A DNA stretch of 64,000 nt from Eledone cirrhosa. Its lineage: Eukaryota. Shown piece after piece: positions 37,331 through 51,030 of the stretch; within the stretch, counting starts at the first letter, position 1, and the number at the start of each line of letters is the position of its first letter. Location: assembly GCA_964016885.1 (NCBI GenBank), contig OZ024743.1, forward strand, positions 276,024,001 to 276,088,000, written 5' to 3'. A program made the position numbers and the translations under genes. The notes beneath the pieces are model-generated. The model was not told the DNA's origin, made no database searches, and saw only the letters and a program-made list of their open reading frames with translations.

Positions 37331-39234
37331 GCTCTAAATATGTTACCACTCCACATTAATACATGTAGGCTATAAGACAGGCCTAGATGTGTATTCAAAT
37401 TGGGAAGCATAGTTTAGTTTATTTTGAATACTGAAGATGCTTTCAATTCGTTCTTTTTTTTTTAATATAAACAAAGGGTTAGGAGGACCCTTCTGTTGTG
37501 TGAAGGACATGACAGGCTCCCTAGTGTTACATGATAAACGAACCCAGTGTACGCTGTAAAGTTGTTGCTGATCAGAAAGGCATCCAGTCATAGAAAGCCT
37601 GCCAAAAAGGGTTGGGAGTACTCTTCAATTGTGTCAAAGATATGACAACCTCCCCTGTACACTCAATAGAACATAAGACCAAACATAAGCAAGATGTTGA
37701 CTCGCCCCATTTCAATATCCTTTAATCATAGACAGTACTTTTCATTACACATTTGGTAATGAAAGGATTAAGTTATTCTCCAGACACCAGTTTAAAAATG
37801 TGAATGTTAGTTGTATTAATTACCAAATCCCTCTAAATTTTTGATTTATTTTCAAAATGATTTGAAAATCAGATGCAGTATATTTCATTAGAAATATGAT
37901 TAATGAAAGTGTTAAAAATGTGAACATATGTAAAGAACAGTATAGAAAATTACAATAGCAACCATATAGGCATACATATATTAGAACATAGGGATTTGAG
38001 ACGTGGCAGTACATATTCTGAAACAGACAAAATGACATTCTAATCAAATATTCTCTTCATATTGAATAGCTTATATCTTGAGGAAATTGAACCTATTACA
38101 TGTTAATAAAGTTCTTACAATATTCTGGGTGGATTTTGTGCTTATTTCCTTTTTTTTTCTTCTTTTTAAATAATCTTCATTTTTATAATATAAAAAGACA
38201 ACTACAAGAACAACAAAAAAACCCTTTGGTTGACAAATGCGGGACTCAGAGAAAGTGAGAAAGGAACAATGGACTAATTGATTGTTAGTTTGAAGAGGTT
38301 GTAGCTTATAGGAGTGAAGAATAAGCAAGAAGGGGAGGGAGAGCAAGCAATCTGAAAACACAGGGGAGTGGAGTGGAGAGCGAAGGGCAGTTGGCTGTGG
38401 AGTTAGTTGTTCTACAACACAATAAAAGGATTGGATTAGGGACATTGGGCAGGCATGATGCCATGATGCATAAGAGTAGTGTGTATGTGTGAGAGACAGT
38501 GTGTGTGTGTGGAGAGAGAGGGGATGTTAATATCCCATACACTTTTTTTTTTTTTTTTTTTTTTTTCTTTTTTTTCAAGAGCAGCAATTGTGGAAGTATT
38601 AACGCAATGGGGCAAATAATAGCAATGGCACATACTAGGGAAATGGCTCTATTTGCACTTGATAAAAATAAACCTGGGTTCCTGAAAGGGAGGAAGGGAC
38701 GACGGAGCTTGGATATTCTCTAAGTGTTTCTTAACAAGAGATTCTTAACAGATGTGTGACATGTATTTTCTAAGATGCTTGACTACAGATTCCTATTGAA
38801 TATTTTGCAAGATGATGATAACAATAATAGCAACAACAACAACTATAAAGACAAATAGGACAACAACAATAATAATATAATGATGATGATTAATAATTTC
38901 TTTTTATTGGCCACAAGGGTCCAGGACGTTGGGAGACAAATATAAGAGTGAAATACACAAGGGAACAATAAGAATGGGGGGGGGGGGCTCTATATTGAGT
39001 AAAAAGAGTGGATTTAGTGATAAAAATAAGGACACACAGATTAATAATAAATTAAATAAATTAACTTAACCTTTTGATATCAATCTGGTCAAAACTAGCT
39101 CTGGTTCTATGAAACAAAACTAACAACCCGTTTCAAAGGGTGCCTATTTAAATTAAAACTTGTTCAACATAATTTTATATAAGAATGCTATATGAGTAAT
39201 GAAATAATTAATAATTTTAGTAAATACACTCTTT

Positions 39235-39631
39235 TTCTTTGCTCACTTATACCTTAGAGGGTCGTGGGGCAGAGTCCTCAAACACTCCTTCCAGCAGGTC
39301 CTGTCTCCAACTAATCTGGCTGGATCCCTAAACAAGGCCAGCCAAGCTCATGGATGTTATCTAACCATCTTGCTCAGGGTCTACCCCTGGGTTTCCTGCT
39401 GGTTGGTTTTGCCTGTAAAATCTGTCCCGTGATTCTTTCCCAAAGACATTCTTACCACATGTCCATAGTATCAGAGCTGTAATATCTCAATTCAGAGAAG
39501 TAGCAGTTCTACCCGGAATTACTCTCTGATCTCTGAGCTACATACAGACTATCGAGTAACGTTACTCCAAAGACCATTCGGAGGAGCTTCATTTCAGCCA
39601 CTTGTATTTGCAATCATATTCTTTCGGTCAT
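39235..39631 (-). mobile_element. Old RTE-type LINE 3' fragment (different family)
   Basis: Minus translation with stops and shifts: QVAEMKLLRMVFGVTLLD, YYGHVVRM, QILQAKPTSRKPRGRP, the typical RTE C-terminus. Confidence 0.8.
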
Positions 39632-40136
39632 AACAGAACTATTCCTGGTTTGGTTTTTATGGCTGGATGCCCTTCTTAACACCAACCACATTTACAGTGT
39701 CGGCTGGGTACTTTTTGTTGTGGCACCAAAATCACTTTACAATGTGGACTGGGCACTTTTTGTCATGGAACCAAGATAACCACAAGTGCTGGGGGTGGGA
39801 ATGTGCGTGTATGTAGAGTGGTTTGGAGAGGTAGTTGTATTGATAATTAAATCCCTCGAGATTCTTGATTATTTGAAAACTATGTGTAATATAGAAATAT
39901 GTGAACTTGAAAAACAGGGAATTGACAAAGTCAGAGTGTTGAATTTAAATGAATCTCTTGTGGTATTTGATCCAGTCAGCTTTGCCTTTCAGCTTTTCCG
40001 AGTCAACAAATAAAGTACCTGTCCTGAGTGATGGCATCTCCAGTGTTCTAAACATTCTGTCAGTCCAAGCAGTATTTGTTTCAGCTCTTTGGGTTCTGGG
40101 GTTAAATTTTTACTGTTGCCAATTTGGGTACTAGAT

Positions 40137-40273
40137 TTAACCCTTTCATTACCATACTTCTCATGAAATTACAATGAATGCGCAAATAATTAATTTTAAA
40201 AATAGTAAAAAATGTAGCTTTCTCATTAGGAACCAGGGATAGTTTCAATGCAAGTTGGTATTGAAAGGGTTAA
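40137..40273. mobile_element. Second TTAA-flanked MITE family (relatives near 1857, 39067, 40800-41020, 54650-54902)
   Basis: TTAACCCTTTCATTACCA ... TGGTATTGAAAGGGTTAA. Confidence 0.7.
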
Positions 40274-42680
40274 TAATGCTGTCCAGTTTAATACCACCAC
40301 TTAACTGAGCCTACTCTATTGTTGTAAGCATTTGAGCCACCATCCCACAAGCCTTAGGTCCCTTGAACAGGGTCATAGGCACTGCTCTTCCTTCCCTAAC
40401 TGAAAAATATTAAAATGAAAAACAACAAAAACAAGAAGTTTTTTTTTGTTTACAGTTCCTTGAAATTGGCTAGTCAGTATATCATGACAGATATTTTTTA
40501 TTATGGTGGGTGTTGTGAAGTGTTGACCTCATTTTTTAATCTTTTCTTCCTCACAGTATTTTTTATTTTTTTTTTTTTGCCTTTATTGAAGTGCCATGTT
40601 TTTATGTTTTGCTTATATAAATAAATGATTCATTTGTAATCAAATGCAAATACACAGAAGAGACACTTCTAAATATTTATCATATAACTTTAGAAAAAAA
40701 AAATTGTTGTTATATTTTGAATGTTTCAACTTAATTTCTATAAGTCTAAACTGAATTTCAATAAAATTAAAACAAAAACGAACTCATCCGTCACCATAGT
40801 TCTAATTAAATACAGTTTCTATTAATTAAGAATTTTAATGAATTTACTAAAATTATTGATTATTTCCTGAGCAAGATAGTAATGTAACAAATGGTTCTTA
40901 TATAAAACTATGCTGGAAGATTTTAATTTAAATAGGAACCCTTTAGAATAGGCGGTTTTGTTTAATTTGAAGCAGAACCAGACAATTTTGGCTGGATTGG
41001 TATCAACAGTGTTAAGAAATATATTCATACAAAAAGAAAAACAGAAGCTCTAACACTAACTTCAATGTACTATTATTAACCATGGATGTAACATACGTGA
41101 CTGAATGGTTAAGGAATTTGCAAATACAAGGTCCCCAGGTTCAATCCCGCTGCATAGAATCTTGAACACATTTTTATGACCATAAGCCTCAGTTCAACCT
41201 AAGACATGTTAGTGAAACTGAGTAGATGGAAACTATGCAAACCTACAAGATGACAAAAGGACCATAATGAGTAGTGCGAAACATTATTAAATACAGCCAA
41301 CCTATATACCAGTATTGGGGAAAGTGGTTGTGTTGGGGGTAGAGGAAACACTGAAGAGGTGGATATGAAGATATAAGCATGCACAATATTTTTGTAAAAT
41401 TTGAGGATAAAATTACAAAAAGACGAAAACTTAAGGCTTTGCATAGTTTTGTATAAAAAAATTGGCACATACTTCATATTGGTGGTGCACAAGCACACAC
41501 ATATAGATAGATACAGACACACACCTTATAAACAAGAATCTGGTGGCATGGGATTATCATTGGAATCCAAACAATTGTTCAAGGGAGAAATGGAATGAGA
41601 GTTCACAGACAGAGATTTTTGTTGTTGTTTTTCCTCAAAAATTACGGTCAGGTGGGTGGGAGGGTGGTTTGGAACAGAAAGGGAATGTAAGAAAACTAAA
41701 AATAAATATAAATACTGAGCATTAGAAGAGAAAAAAATCAATCAAAATCCTTTCTTTTTCTCTGACTCAGCTTACATAATAACAATAATAATAACTAAAT
41801 GTTTATAGCAGATTCATTGAGAAAACAATTGTATCATAAATTACATATGTATGACTATCTATATGTATATAAATGTATGATGTATGTATAAGTATATGTG
41901 TATAATGTATGTATGAGTATATGTATATAATGTATGCATGAGTATATGTGTATAATGTATGCATGAGTATATTTATATAATGTATCAATATATGTATATG
42001 ATGTATGAGTATATTTATATGATGTATGTATGTATATGATGCATGTGCTCATGTGTTGTTTGCCAGTGGGTATGATGTGTGTGTGTATATATATTATATA
42101 TGTAACTATGTATGTATAGATTGAATGTTTGTATATCATGGAACATTTATATATCACATACAGATATATATATATTTAAAAAAACATGCTGCTATGATAT
42201 AGTTCTTGTAGAATAAATATTTTTTTTAAAAACCACCACGACCAACACCACCAACACATGGATATACATGCTTCTTTGTTTGCATTCCCCACATCCATCC
42301 AAGTACCTCACTGTGTTCTTTTATTCAATTTTTTTCTGTGTCCATCAAAAAAAATTGTGGGGGGGGGGGGGGGGGGGGGATACATCCACAAAAAAAAACA
42401 TCCACAAAACAAAAGATTTATACATACTCTCTCTCTCGCTCTCACAGATTACACAGAAAGGAATAGTGGGAAAATGTACATAAAGAGGAGAGAAAAATAG
42501 TTTGTATCTGCAGAGTCGGTTGGCGTAGAATGTAGATGGAGGTTGTTCCAGGAAAACAGAAAGGAAATGAAGTCTAAAGCATCAGCAGTGTATTTCCTTT
42601 ACAAGTTTGTAAATAAGCTATTTTTTAAAATTTAATATTTTCAATTAAAAGGTAATAGGAGAAATGGCCATCCATCCAAA

Positions 42681-42753
<73 letters not shown>

Positions 42754-44032
42754 CACGAGCACACACACACACAAGGTGTCCCAAAAAATGTATACACTTC
42801 AACAGCATTCTATTGCTTGTACAGGTAATCAAAGTGTGTATACGTTTTGGGGGGTACATCATGTGCGTGTGTGTAAGTGGTTATAATGGAATATTCCACT
42901 ATTAATTTTGGTAAAGTGTGAAAAGCTCAATACATGCTTAAGGTCTTCGGCACGTAAGGAATTGAAAACAATCAAAGGTTGAAGACAATGAGGGTAGCAG
43001 AGCCCTATGTCTACCCCATGCAATCATTTTTAATGAGAGTCACTGCCCACCTGGACGGTTTGCCCTCACTATGCCCCATGCAGTCATTTTTAATCGGAAT
43101 CATTGCTCTCCTAGATGGGTTGCCTTCACAGCAGCTTATAGAGTCCACATCTTCCCCATAATCAGAATCATACTTTGGTGGTGTAACTAGGTAAGTGAGA
43201 AAAGCTATGAGCGGGAAGGTTATGGAGATGGGGGGAGGGGTGCAAGGTATTGCCAAGTAAAACAGCTAACCGGAGGGCAGTGGATAGGGTGTGGGTGGGT
43301 GTTATGTGGAGACAATAAAGCCATGGGTTGGGTTTTACTTCAAGAGTGTCTTGTTGAAGGATACAAAGACAGTGGCCCTGGGGTGGTAAAGAATCAAACC
43401 CACCACATGGGCCAAGCACCCTAACTAACCACTGAGGTACATATATTGATATGTTGCTGTCATGGTTTTGTGAGTAAAATAACAGGAGGCTGTAAGTAGT
43501 TTGAGATTTTGATGTTATTTTTAGTATGTCATGGTATCATATAGAGGGAGAGGGGCTCAGCTCTCCCCCCACTACACTATACCAACACCACCACTGTCCT
43601 CATCATTACACTATACCACCATCCTCACCATTACCAACACCAACCAACCCAAACCATATATATATATATATATATTTATATGCATGTGTGCATGTGGAAA
43701 AGCTGCCTTAGAATAATAGTGATTACACACACGGCCTGTGTATATGAGAGAGACAAACAGAGATATGCAAAAGACTACACAACTCAGTAGTCCTAGTTAG
43801 TAGTTAGCATGCTCTTAACTTGCTCTAGCCCTCATTAACAGGCACTTGTAACAGTTTAGTTATTGTTTTCCGATTGCATTAAACAATGTGAACTTTGCTA
43901 AATACTTGTGTCATTCATTCTCTCACTCTCCCTCTTTCTGTTATATTTACAGCCTTACGTCAATACCTCATCTCTGTCTTCATTCTCTCTTTTTCTTTCT
44001 TTCTTCACCCCCCCCCCTCTCCTGTAAATGTG

Positions 44033-44080
<48 letters not shown>

Positions 44081-44755
44081 CATCATATGCAATATGTAGG
44101 AATATATATATATATACATACATACAATGCTTACTTACACTTTGTCCCTGTATAAGCTTGTCTTTCTTTCACATCCTACTTCTCCCTCTTGACCTCAATC
44201 TTCTCTAGTTTGTATACTCCATCACCAATAACCCCTGCCTCAATATACATACACTCATATAGTCTCCACAGATATAACATGCACAAGAACTCTTTCTATA
44301 TTTTTGCTCTAACAGATGCACATATTTAAAGAATATACACTGGAACACATGCATGCATGGAAAATAGCTGTAAAAGATTACATATCATCACCATCACAAT
44401 TTAACAGCTATGTTTCATGCTTGCATGGGTTGGTTAGCCAGCTGTCAAATGCTGAGACCTGATCAGTCAGGTGACTAGGTTATCTGCTTATAAGCTTTGC
44501 TTTGGCTTGGTTTCTAAAGCTAGATACCCTTCCTAATGCCTACCACTTTACAGCATGAATTGGGGGAACATTTTATTGTGTCTCCAGCACAACCAGTTTA
44601 CAATTAACATTTATCTAACTTTACTTTTTACCATGGGAAGTAATAACGTTAAAAAGACAAATGGGTGCAGAGTGAAGCCATATGTATTCATGTACGTGGT
44701 GTGTGGCAAGCTCACTGGATGTGTTAGTTAGCAAATGTGTGAAGTGCTCTACGAC

Positions 44756-44971
44756 TTAACCCTTTAACATTTACATTACTCTATATATATTATTGTATTT
44801 TCACAGTAAAGGATTTACCTCACATAATATTGAATCTACAAGATTTTTATATTATTTATTTTGAGAACAATACATTAACATAAGTATGAGCAGCTGGTTA
44901 CTGCCAGTTTGAACAGAAAGAGGTGAGATAATATTGGTTGGATACGGCCAGTTTAAATGCCAAAGGGTTAA
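44756..44971. mobile_element. Same piggyBac-type MITE, opposite orientation
   Basis: TTAACCCTTTAACATTTA ... TAAATGCCAAAGGGTTAA; the interior is the reverse complement of the 7194 copy. Confidence 0.8.
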
Positions 44972-47231
44972 AACATTATATTTCGTTTTTAACCTGATAT
45001 TGCCAATGAGGATCCTGAGTTCCCAAATACCATAACTGGAATTGAAATGTGACTGTACCAGTTAAGACTGCCTATAGAAAATATACTGACACACACATAT
45101 ACATATAGAAAATATTATACACTAACACACCCCCACACAAACATATTTAGAATATACACTGACACACCTAAACATATATGGAATAGACACTAACACATAT
45201 ATACAGATCACAGGTACACACACACACAATTATCATTATCATTATCATTATTATTTAACAGACATCAAATGGTGATGATGTGTATGTGTGTATATACCTG
45301 CCTGTGTGGTCTGTATGAGTGTGACAGTGTATATTCTATATATGTATATTAACAAAAAAAAAAGAGAACAGACAGAGCATGTAAATTTAATTCACATGTC
45401 AAAAACTAACATCACCAACTAAAACATCACTCAGCAATACCAACACCAGCAACACCACAACCACCACCAACACTCACTGTGACACCATCAAAACCAATTC
45501 CACCACCACCACCACCAACAACATCACTCACCAACATCACCACCAATACCCAACACAAAAAGGGATTTAAAAAACATGGACTGTTTGTTCACTCCAGTTT
45601 GCTTACTACACATATACTAATCTGATTCTTGAATTCACAACCCTAAACTAATTCTTTCTCTTTCACTCCACCTCTCTCTCTCACCTCGTTATATCCTCTC
45701 TCTCTCCATCCTTCCTTGTTCTCTCCTCCTCTTCCCCCCTCTCTCTCTTAAGTGAAAAAGAAAACCCTGATGACAAGATGGGTGTCTGGTAGAAAGAGAT
45801 GAGGTGGGAATGGGGAGGTATTTGTCACATGGGGCACACCACCAGCTGTTTTGCATCTGCAAAGGGTGGGGGGCATAATAGGTAGGGGTGCAAACTGAAA
45901 ATGACACCCACCCAACTACCCCTTAAACTCATCTTAAAGGGGCTTTTTACTGAAAAACAAACCCCTATACCTGCAGTCAAAATATGGCGTTGCGGTGATG
46001 ACAAACTGGCATCACTTTGGGTTTATAAGGACAGGTGACAAAAGCAAAAACTTTTAACTGAGTGTGAACTTGCTTGTTATTGTTTAGACCAAGGTCAGTC
46101 CTAACGAAGCAGATATTTGATCAACGGTGCAGGAAAAGGCTGACAGATCAATTTCATAAAAAATAGGACATTTTTTTTTTTTATATATATATATCAAAAG
46201 GAATGTACTCATTGTGAGATCTGAACAAGGAAAGGAAACTTTATACTATTTGCTGATATGTCACCTCTTTTCTGGTGAGAGGAGGAAAAATTTGAATTCA
46301 GAATGTAGAATATAGAGAGCCAAAACAAGTGCCAAGGCATTTAATCAGGTCCTCTAAGAAACTCTGCCAATTTGCTGAATGTAGTCCAAAATAAAAAAAG
46401 AAAAAAAGAAAATATGTGATATGGTTTATTTGTAGGTTAGTTCTAATTGACTCAGCAGGATTCAGAATGCACAAAGCTGGATCAGATTGCTAAAAGATTA
46501 CTAATATACTCAACAAAGCAAGTTGATTTAGAAAAACATGATGTGGATTTTTGTAGCTATGGTTGTTGTTACGCCTTCTACATGTGTAGATTTGGCCATT
46601 ATCCTACAAGATTATATTTCACAGGCAGTTTTTTAAGTGTTTAAAAAATGCTAAAGCCCATTTCTGATATACTCAACGAAACAAGTTGATTTAGAAAAGC
46701 ATGATTGTGATTTTTGTAGCTGTGGTTGTCATTACGCCTTCTACATGTGTAACTAGTTAGGTGATCTATTTGAGGCATGACTGAATGGTTAAGAAGTTTG
46801 CTTCTAATCATCAGTTCCCGGGTTCGATTCCACTACCTGGCATGTTTGGCAAGTTATATTTACCACAGCCTCGGATAAACCCAAACCTAGTGATTGAAAT
46901 TAGTTAGATGGAAACCGTTTCTAAGTTCATCAGATGTGCTGTACCTAAAATTTAATAAGTCATACTTGTATCATACAGAATCTGCCGGATAAAGTATGTT
47001 AAGAGTACGAATCTGGAATGCTCAGCCATATCCTGTTCAACTCTTATAACCAATTCACCAGATTAATCCATGGCTGGATTTAAAATCTAAGTGTAGAAAA
47101 AATTATAGCAGATTCAGTCATTTAATCTAATGCTCTCTAAAAACTCTATCATACATATAACAATACTTGGTCAAATGACCACATCTTGCTCATACATTCC
47201 ATATTTTAGCATGGCTGCTACAGCTGAATGA

Positions 47232-47405
47232 TAATTGTTTCTACTTTTGGCACAAGGCCAGCAATTACCCAGTGTATTACTAGTACTTTATTTTATCGAC
47301 CCCGTAAGGATGAAAGGCAAAGTTAACCTTGAACTCAGAATGGCAAGGGTCGTAACTCTATGCACCAAAGCATGCGCTCCGACCCTCTACCGATACTGCC
47401 AATCC
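47232..47405 (-). mobile_element. Family B SINE, short subfamily
   Basis: Shares diagnostic deletions (GCAATTACCCAGTG and GTTAACCTTGAACTCAGAATGGCAAGG junctions) with the copy at 60120-60272. Confidence 0.85.
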
Positions 47406-47814
47406 CCATGATAATGCCAACTCTTTACTTACTGACTGCACTAGATGCATTTTATCATGGCGCCAGCATTCCTGTGTGTGTGTGTGTGTGTGTGCGTGTG
47501 CGTGTGCGTGTGCGCGCATGTGTGTTATATAGTAGCAAGTAAGATCCCAACGGAAGGATCGCTGGCTTTGAACTCTTTATTCCTAGTAAAAATCCATGAG
47601 GGTGAGCTTGCAGGTCAGTCAAAACAGAGTAGGCCTTCTATTTGGATTTTACTAATTACTATACCAACTCTGAACTTTCATCACCATCATTTTTCCTATT
47701 GACAGTTCCATGCTGGCATGAGTTGAACAGAACATTTTGAGGCACTGTTTTACAGCTAAATGTTCTTCCCCTGACAACTCTTTTAAAGTCACTGCCTACC
47801 TGCCTACATAACAC

Positions 47815-47886
<72 letters not shown>

Positions 47887-48503
47887 CTAGCAGGGAAAGT
47901 AAACATCAAAATAATGATGATGATGATATATATTGCTAACAGGGAAAGTAGACATTAAAATAGCAATGATATTATAATATGTAGTTAGCAGGGAAAGTAG
48001 ATATTAAAACAACGATGGTATATTCACACACACACACACATACACATATCGTCACACAATCGTCAGCGTCAGTGTCAGTGTCATCATCATGTGTTCATGT
48101 TCTCTGCTAACAAGGGTTAAATGGCTATCACAGACCAAATCAGTACTCAAGCCAATTTACTGACCTCTAACATATACAATTGTCTGGTGTGCTCAATGTT
48201 TACTGGTGTGTGCATGTAAGAATATTTAAACCATAAATCTTTGTTCTGTGAGACAAAGTATCTCCCCCCCCCCCCACACACACACACACCAATGCAGCTG
48301 CTTAAGTGACAGTTGTAACCAGGTAAGTGTGGGCAATTACAGCAACAATTTAAATGTGTGTATATATGTATGTGAATATATGTGTGCATTTTACACACAC
48401 ACACACAAGTGTGTGTCAACAATACTAAGATGAGATAGTCATCAGTCATCAACAGTATAATGAAGAGTTTTCTGTGGTTGGTGTCATTTGTCACAACAGG
48501 TGG

Positions 48504-48591
<88 letters not shown>

Positions 48592-48938
48592 GTGAGGCAA
48601 ACAAGTGAAAACAGCATTGTTCTAAAGTCATTACTTAGTAGATCCTGTTGATGATAATGGTAGTGGTGGTGGTGGTGGTGAGGAGGAGAATGGGTGGTGG
48701 TGGGAGGTGTTGAGCCAGAGAACAATTATTTAGGTTCAGGTGTCAGAGACTGGAGCTTAGCGCCTTTCCTTAAGTTGAATCATTTGCAAAATTTACAAAA
48801 TGGCGTTACTTTATTCCCAGTAGCATTAATAAATGTAAATATCACTTCTCTCACATACACACATATTCAGTTTATCTCACATACTCAGTTTATCTCACAC
48901 ACCCTCACTATCTATCCCACTTATACACACAGTATTTT

Positions 48939-48975
<37 letters not shown>

Positions 48976-49099
48976 CCCTCACTCTCTATCCCTCATATAC
49001 ATAACTATCTCAAACACCCTCACTCTCTATCTCACATATATACTATGTCTATCTCAAACACCTCGTTCTCTATTTCACACACCTTCACTTTCTATCTAA

Positions 49100-49144
<45 letters not shown>

Positions 49145-49157
<13 letters not shown>

Positions 49158-49166
49158 CTACAACTC

Positions 49167-49203
<37 letters not shown>

Positions 49204-49306
49204 TATCTACAACTCTCTCACACACACACACACAGTATCTACAACTCCTCTCTCTCACACACACAGTATCTACAACTCCTCTCTCTCACACACACAGTAT
49301 CTACAA

Positions 49307-49350
<44 letters not shown>

Positions 49351-49372
49351 CTACAACTCCTCTCTCTCTCTC
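49145..49372. repeat. Compound minisatellite (CA)n-GTATCTACAACTC-(CT)n, ~6 units
   Basis: Fixed 13-nt core between variable dinucleotide tracts. Confidence 0.85.
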
Positions 49373-49668
49373 ACCCTCTTCTCTCTCAATCAATCAATCT
49401 ATCTATCTATATCTCACACATATACCAACCATTGTTGATAATATTACTTGCAGAGGAAAGATAATAAATAAAAATATAAAAAAGAATGGTAATTTAGAAA
49501 GTAAGTCTGGCACCCAAAACGTGTGTATGAGGTTGAAAGAGAATGGACTGTGTGTGTTGTATGTGTATGTTTATGGATGCGAGTGTGTGTATGCATATAT
49601 ACATACAGATGCAGGGTGTGAATGTGAGACTGCTCGAGGGTGTATGTGTGATGGCGTGTATGTGTGAT

Positions 49669-49704
<36 letters not shown>

Positions 49705-50764
49705 CGTGTCTGGAAATAATTGGTAAGGAGCAGTAAATTAGTGAGAAAGAATTAGAGTGGTCAAAGCAAGATAGATTTGATAGAACAAAGTGAAGAAATA
49801 GAGAAATGAGTAAGATAGATAGACAAATAGAGACAGAGAGGAGTTAAAGGAGAGTGAGAGAGAAAAGATAAGAGAGAGGGATAGACAAATAAATACATAT
49901 ATAAACAGAGAGGGGGGAGGGAGAGAGAGAAAGAGAGAAAAATGAGACACACAGACAGAGAGGTGATGACAAGGAAAGGGATCAGAGCCCTAGGTGTTTG
50001 TAGTAAAACTATTACAAAAGTAACAAAAAAAAAACAAAAAAAACAATAGATTAAAAAATGTGATGATTGAGGTGTTAGTCCATTTCTCATATACTAAAGG
50101 ACCAGAAATCAATCAATAAGCAGCTAGAGTTCTTCTCAGAGGTGTTTCTGACTATCACACACTTTTAGGTCTTGGACACAGAGACAGACACAGACAGACA
50201 GACAGACAGACAGAGATCACATCATCCTTGCCCTTTTTACTTGGCTTGCACTCAGTTTTTCTGTCAGCAAAAATCACACTTTGTCCCTTGTCACCACCAG
50301 ACAGTGTCACACTTCTCATGGCTTGCTGCACTAAACGGCTCTTCTTTTAGAACTAATTCAACAGCTTTACCATAAACTACCACTCTTACTCTCCACTTAC
50401 TCTCTATCTCATTCCACCTCTCTCCTCCTCCCTCTCTATCTCATTCCCCCTCTCTCCTTCTCCCTCTCTATCTCAATCCACCTCTCCCATTACACTAGAG
50501 CAAATGTTTCAATTCTTTGAAGTTGACTGGGTGTGTTGTGGGGGTGGTGGTAATGATGTGGTGGTGGTGGGGGGGGGGGGGGGGGGGGGGTATAATAAAG
50601 AAACAAAATTAAAATATTTCTGATTCTTATCAAACAAAACTCTCTGAATTAAACTGGAAATAGTAATGGTTAAACTATATACAAGAACCACATTCATGAT
50701 ACTAGAACAACCAAATTTCACAAGAGATCTAGATCCTATGTGTACTATATAATGCTTATAGATG

Positions 50765-51030
50765 ATGGATTGGCAGAATTGGTGGAACGTCAGATAAAAT
50801 GCAATTGTGATATTTGTTCTGGTTCTTTACATTATGACTTTAAATCCAGTTGAGGTCAGCCTTGCCTTTCATCTTTCCAGGGTCCATAAAATAAACTACC
50901 AGTCTGGCAGTTGATTTACTCAACTTTGGCCTCCCACTACATCCAAAATTTGCTGGCCTTATGCCTAAATTAGAAATCAATATATAATTGTTTCTACTTT
51001 AGGCACAAGGCCAGCAATTACCCAGTGTAT
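50765..51030 (+). mobile_element. Decayed family B SINE followed by an inverted tail fragment
   Basis: TGGATTGGCAGAATTGG head, CTTGCCTTTCATCTTTCCAGGG body, then an opposite-orientation tail at 50988-51030. Confidence 0.75.
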
